A stretch of DNA of 64,000 nt from Eledone cirrhosa. Lineage: Eukaryota. A program made the translations under genes and the position numbers. The notes under the pieces are model-generated. The model was not told the origin of the DNA and did not search any database. It saw only the letters and a program-made list of their open reading frames with translations. Within the stretch, counting starts at the first letter, position 1. Every line of letters begins with the position of its first letter. Shown piece by piece: positions 58,016-64,000 of the stretch. The stretch covers positions 74,462,001 to 74,526,000 of the forward strand of contig OZ024746.1 in NCBI GenBank assembly GCA_964016885.1. Direction: 5' to 3'.

Positions 58016-58619
58016 CTAGCAGAATGGCCCGGCGTTGCTCGGGATTTGCTCTAGGGTTCTTATATATTTGATATATATTTATCCTTATTGAACTTCGTGA
58101 AATAAATAGATTTCTTTATATTTTGTTATTGTGTATGCAAAAATATCTGTACACGAATATATAATTATATATATTAAAATAACAGATAAAAGTTTAAGCA
58201 AAGAATCGCTGCTTTACGGGATCTTCTGAAACTAAAAAAATCAATCTGTGAACGCAGAAGTAAACGTTACACACTCTCTCTCTATATATATACACACACT
58301 ATATATACATATATACACACACACACATATATAGCGTCATAATGTCGTAATGCAGACATCCATACATACAGACAGTTATTATAAGGGCGCGACGTTGTAG
58401 CTATGTATCTATCTAAAAAGAAAGACTAAGAATTATAGAGAGAGATCTCTAAATAGCCTAATACGGTCCCTAGGGCATAGAACATTTGAACTATTCTTTA
58501 CTCAAAACACTCACAGAACCATAAGTATTACATGTGTAAAGTTTGAAAATATTCGGTTGGGTGGTTCTCGAGTTTTAGGGAGTCAGACAGACAGACATTC
58601 TCTGTTTTCGATATATAGA
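58016..58619 (-). mobile_element. Non-autonomous Helitron
   Basis: Minus strand A|TCtatatatcgaaaacagagaatgtctgtctgtctg ... cccgagcaacgccggg hairpin-ccattctgCTAG|T: TC/CTAG termini, AT target, subterminal hairpin, (CTGT)n near the 5' end. Confidence 0.8.
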
Positions 58620-59331
58620 TTGTCCAAGTGAGTGACGTTAAAACTCTGTGATACCAGCTTATAACTAGGGATCTGGCACATGTGATACTTAACTTTCGAT
58701 ATAATGCATCGACAGCTCAGCTTGCAAGCTTCCTCTTCTGTGATTTTGGCAGACAATATGTGCCGGATATTTAAATTTCCCCCCACTCTCCTGCGAGTAA
58801 GAAAAAAGTCAATTCACTTTGTTCCTACTGAAGGTGATAAACCGGATTAATTAATTCCATGCCTTCCTTTAATTGCATTCTACTTTGCAGAGATAAACTA
58901 TTTTATTTCCTTTATGAATATAAGGTAGACACGGTGAGTGACGGATGACAACCGCATCTAGTCATCAATGGTGTGTATGTCAAGAGGTTAGTTAATCCAA
59001 GCAAATGGTTTTTTTGAGTACATATCTTATGGCTAGCAATATTGTGTAAAAAGTAAAAAAATTATGCAAGAAAATATGTGAAGGGGAGAAATAGTTCAGA
59101 TTGGTAGAGTATAAAATTTCTCTTCTCACATCGACTTGTTTGAATCTATATCCCACACTCCAATGTTTAACTCCACATCACCCACCTACACCATAACTCA
59201 TGATCAGGCCATTCAGCCTATCTCAATAAATACGGAAACCTCGGTTTAGGTTCCATATAACTGTATAGAAATGATCTGCCTGAGCCATGTATTTTGGATT
59301 AAAGATAAAGGCTTCAATACATTTTAACACA

Positions 59332-59374
<43 letters not shown>

Positions 59375-59814
59375 GTTTAAAGAATAATCCAAAAAAGGTA
59401 AGGAGAAAAATAAAGAAACAGTGAAATATTTTCCAGAAATATATATAAGAAATCAAATATTGCAAGCCTAGAAAAAAGTAAACAAATATATTACATAACT
59501 AAACGTATCTAACCAACATATATAAATATGAGGTCGTTTTGACATCGTTCCCGCATTTCCATTTAAATAAATATATGTACAGGTAATTGTCTGGACCTGA
59601 AACGCTCATAGCTTCTTCAATGAAATTCAATCCTATCCAATCCAATAAGTTAGTTAAGTAGCCAAAGCAGGCAAAGAATTGATGTCTTTGTTTACTTATT
59701 TCATTATTATAATGATATGATGATGGTTAGGGTGATTATATGTTGGATTTGTTTATGTCTTCCCAACACTCATTATTTCCACCATTTTCACACACCTCCA
59801 TATCTTTCAAGTAT

Positions 59815-59849
59815 ATTATTATTATTATTATTATCATTATTATTATTAC

Positions 59850-59925
<76 letters not shown>

Positions 59926-60027
59926 TTTATTATACAATAACAAACTACACAATACAACATAAAAGCTAACAAAGGAAGCCCAACCTTCGCGTTTTTGTCA
60001 ATCGCCAAACTTCATTTTTTTTAATGA

Positions 60028-60073
<46 letters not shown>

Positions 60074-60510
60074 GTGATGATGATGATGATGATGATGATG
60101 ATAGGAAAACAAAAGGTGATGATGATGTTCATGATGATGATGATGTTCACGACAACCATGGTGGAGATGGTGACGAGGATATTAACTTTGGAGGCGTCAT
60201 CTAAATGAAAAAACAAGAGCAAGACCAACACCAAAAACCCTTATCAAAAACTACCGTAGCCAGCAACAAAACAACGACGACAACAACACCACCAACTACC
60301 ACGACAAAAGAAATTACTGACAACTACAACAAGTAACTATCATCGTAATAGTGGTAATAATTATAATCAAGAGGAGTAAGCGGCGGATTAAATATACGAG
60401 TTCTATTAAAATAAAGACAACGATGATGATGATGATGATGATCATCATCATCATCATCATCATCATGGTGACAATGATGATAATGATGTTGTTGATGATG
60501 ATGATAACAA
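59815..60510. repeat. Trinucleotide microsatellite cluster (ATT, AAT, GAT, CAT)
   Basis: Direct inspection. Confidence 0.9.
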
Positions 60511-61021
60511 TAAATCTTTTCGTCATTATTGCCACAGGGTGATGGATGAGGGGAAAATAATGAGAGCGCTGTTGTTTAATTCTTAGATCTAGTTAATGCT
60601 TAAACTATCTGAAGCCACTCCTGCGTACTAGGAAAAGAAAGAGTCACAATAATGATATTTAAAATAAAAACATGGACACTATTAAAGGATTCATTTTGTT
60701 TAATGTTATTCGTTTTTGTTGATTCTATTTCTATGTTTTTTGTTGTTTGTTACATGATTGTTGCTATAAGGGTGGACGAATAGAAATAACGCTGGTAAAT
60801 GAGAGGGGTATATTCTCAGATCTCTCCAGCTTACTGATACATTCTATTGAAAAGGGATTCTATTGATGTAGTTAGTTCTTGCAATCGCAATGAAAAATCA
60901 CGCCATTTTGATTCAGGATTTGCTGTGTGACGACGACCATTATAGAACGGAATTCTTAATTCTAGAGATTAAAAGCTAAATCGTAAAAGTTATTATGAAT
61001 AGTAGTAGTAGTAGTAGTAGT

Positions 61022-61100
<79 letters not shown>

Positions 61101-61407
61101 ACATTAAAAGCAAACAAAGCCTGAATAGTGTATATGCTGCTACGGGTAATTTTCTGAAGTGCGACTAAAAAATATCTACACGCCAAGCTGAAATGCAGCT
61201 GTATATATCTTTAGGGAATGCATGCATGCGTGTGTGCACAAATATGTGAATGCCTGTTTGTATACAGAGTCAGTTTATTTCTATTCCTTGTAAGATCCTA
61301 TCATGTTTATGCACACGTACGTGGACACACAGAAGCACTTAGACACACGCACAAATGCGTGAGTGTGCGTAGGCATCTATCTATGTATATATTTCTCCCT
61401 CTCTCGC

Positions 61408-61458
<51 letters not shown>

Positions 61459-61481
61459 CACATAGTGTGTATGTGTGTGCG

Positions 61482-61545
<64 letters not shown>

Positions 61546-62457
61546 CAAACGCACACACATACACACTAAGTGTGTGTTTTCTGATCTGTCACTTTATATT
61601 TTATAAAAGTCAAAAAATGTTGGCTGAAGGAATTTATATAATACGTGAGTGTAGAAATCGTTACAATATAATATATGCATTGAATTGTAAGCATTTACAT
61701 ATGAATACCATAGATGCACACAGCCTGCATATTCATGTATCACGTTAGCGTTAAAAAATGCAAATTTTGCAATGATTTTGACATTGGCACCAAACTTATT
61801 GGACAGCAATAACTTCATTCAGAATATGAATACATCATACACTAGAAACCGAGACAGTGGATATGGGGTCTATATTGTTCCTGAAGACCCCAATAGTATA
61901 TAACTCATCCAAATATACAAACACTATAATGATAAAAAGCTAAATTTAGTACATGGTTGTTTTAACACATGCATATATATATATACACACGCATACCTTA
62001 TCTGTGTGTGTCCCAAAAACCTAAAGGTTCTTGTCCTACTACATCTAGTGTTAATGTAATATGGTTCCTCATTGTATTGTGTTATCTGCTTGATTGTTTC
62101 TCCACTTTCTGTCAGCCAAATTTCAAACACTAACATTGGTCAAATCATAGTTACAGAAAACACCTTCCCAAAGAGCCGTGCAGTGGGACTGAACACAGAA
62201 CCACGTGAATATTACACATACAAGGCAATAAGTACACTGAATTTTGGTACAGGTACATTAACATCTTGCATATGTGCCCTTAAATTATTTCGTCACAGAC
62301 CTACTAGGGATTGTATAAATACTCTGAAATATTCATGCTGATAGTACACCCGTCGCATTAGATGTTCAAAAGCCCGAATGTTTATATTATGAAAAAAAGA
62401 CATACATATAACTAATAGCAAAACATAATTTTCTACAGCCCTCCATCTCAGTACATA

Positions 62458-62515
<58 letters not shown>

Positions 62516-62986
62516 TAAAAGGAAAAGAAAATGCTGAAAATGTTTCCCAGAGAAAAATAGTTTAATTAGGAATAAGTATAAATTAGTAATAAGTATTGGT
62601 TAGTATTCAGTTTTAGTTTTAAGTTTTTACCGGTTGCGTATTTCTAATGCTTTTCAAAAATAATTTTGAGATAGAGCGCTCGTGATGTTTGCTCTAATCT
62701 GATCAGTTTGGGAAATTCTTCCTGTTTTATGTGAAAAGAGTGGCTCCAGAGGTATTAAGATTTGGTTGGTGGTTGAATGTCAGGTGAATGAGTACTATAA
62801 ATTTCGCGATATATATATATATTTATACAGTTATATACATATAACTATAGAGATAAACGTGTCTCTAAAATGCTATAGAGCACTTCACAGATCCACGAAT
62901 GCAAAACAAACAGTAGCTTTGGGTACATGCACGTTCACTCACACACATATAGCCATCTTCACTCTCTCTTATATATATTTATGTGA

Positions 62987-63045
<59 letters not shown>

Positions 63046-63047
<2 letters not shown>

Positions 63048-63416
63048 GTATATGCTGGTTGTTTACCGACACCTCAGTATGCAGATTGGAGCACTCGACT
63101 AAATACGCAGGTTAGTTTGGATACTCCGGAGTAATGTAAACTAAGATAATTAAGTCAAATATTTAAAATTTGGCTTCATTTATTAAAGGTGTACTGCTAT
63201 ATATATCATATAATTCCAGTTCGTGAGAGAAATAACAACCCAACCAGGAACTGGGCAAATCGGAGTATTGACGGAGTTAAAACCTCAACAACATGTGTAC
63301 CTGTCTCTACCACACCAATTCGGACTGCCTGAAGAGGTCACAGCCAAGGATGGCTGTCACCGAAATATATATAGCAGTACACGAAGCCAAATTTTAAATA
63401 TTTGACTTAATTATTT

Positions 63417-63422
<6 letters not shown>
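63046..63422. repeat. Fold-back element related to family D, between TA tracts
   Basis: Arms ~63146-63206 and ~63365-63414; left extension resembles 45040-45090. Confidence 0.85.
63324..63378 (+). ncRNA. Type I hammerhead ribozyme motif
   Basis: actgc-CTGAAGA-ggtcacagcca(agga)tggctgtcacc-GAAA-tatata-TA-gcagt. Confidence 0.88.
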
Positions 63423-63504
<82 letters not shown>

Positions 63505-63507
<3 letters not shown>

Positions 63508-63960
63508 TTCAAAATATTAATAAATGTAGACATTCAGGTAATCAAAATATATTTTATTATATATATTTCGGAGGTACTGTGCTGTTTTTTCAGTACGTCC
63601 TCATCAGATAAAATACATAAATTGATGTATGACATACGTCAACTGTGCTGATGGTTTAATTCCAGTCTTGGCAGTGATTAATTACAACAAAACTCAATAT
63701 TTATATACCATAAGTACTAACATGACAAACTAAATATAATGGAGAGGGTGAGTAGGAGAAAGTGTAGAAAAAATAAATACATAAATAAAATAAATAACTA
63801 CATAAAAACCTAAGTACATAAATGTTAAATACTTAAATATTTAAAAATGTAAATATCCGTATTAGAGAAAAAACACAAATGAGAGAGAGAGAGCTAAATA
63901 GAAGAGAAAGGGAAAAGATAAGGAGATGAAGATAAAAACAAAGAGAGGGAGATAGAGATG
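63505..63960 (-). repeat. Diverged relative of the 5252-6005 element
   Basis: attcaaaatattaataaatg..tattttattatatatatttc..tcatcagataaaa..ggcagt..actcaatatttatatacca is collinear with 5253-5461. Confidence 0.75.
63550..63615 (-). ncRNA. Type I hammerhead ribozyme motif
   Basis: tattttat-CTGATGA-ggacgtactg(aaaaaacagca)cagtacctcc-GAAA-tatata-TA-ataaaata: 8-bp stem I. Confidence 0.87.
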
Positions 63961-64000
63961 GTAGAATATATATATACCACCACCACCAAAACCACCACAG

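Overview
AT-rich eukaryotic, repeat-dominated non-genic (intergenic or intronic) DNA. The SINE families and extreme (TA)n/(CA)n/(CAT)n content suggest a coleoid cephalopod such as Octopus (inference). I could not support any host protein-coding exon, and nearly all listed ORFs are microsatellite read-throughs. Recognisable content: a 5'-truncated Penelope-like retroelement (RT C-terminus, Cys-rich linker, GIY-YIG endonuclease), RTE and CRE-like LINE fragments, two tRNA-derived SINE families, a Tc1/mariner MITE and Helitron-like elements. The most striking structure is a set of at least a dozen short, mutually unrelated fold-back (inverted-repeat) modules, most embedded in (TA)n tracts. Many carry minimal type-I hammerhead ribozyme motifs (stem I-CUGANGA-stem II-GAAA-short, usually palindromic stem III-UH-stem I), with the 3' ends facing outward. 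About 8 motifs have a canonical core with paired stem I, there is one U3:A8 core variant, and several are truncated or degenerate. They are best explained as pseudo-LTR-derived insertions of many Penelope-like families that target TA microsatellites. Coordinates were counted by eye and may be off by a few bases.
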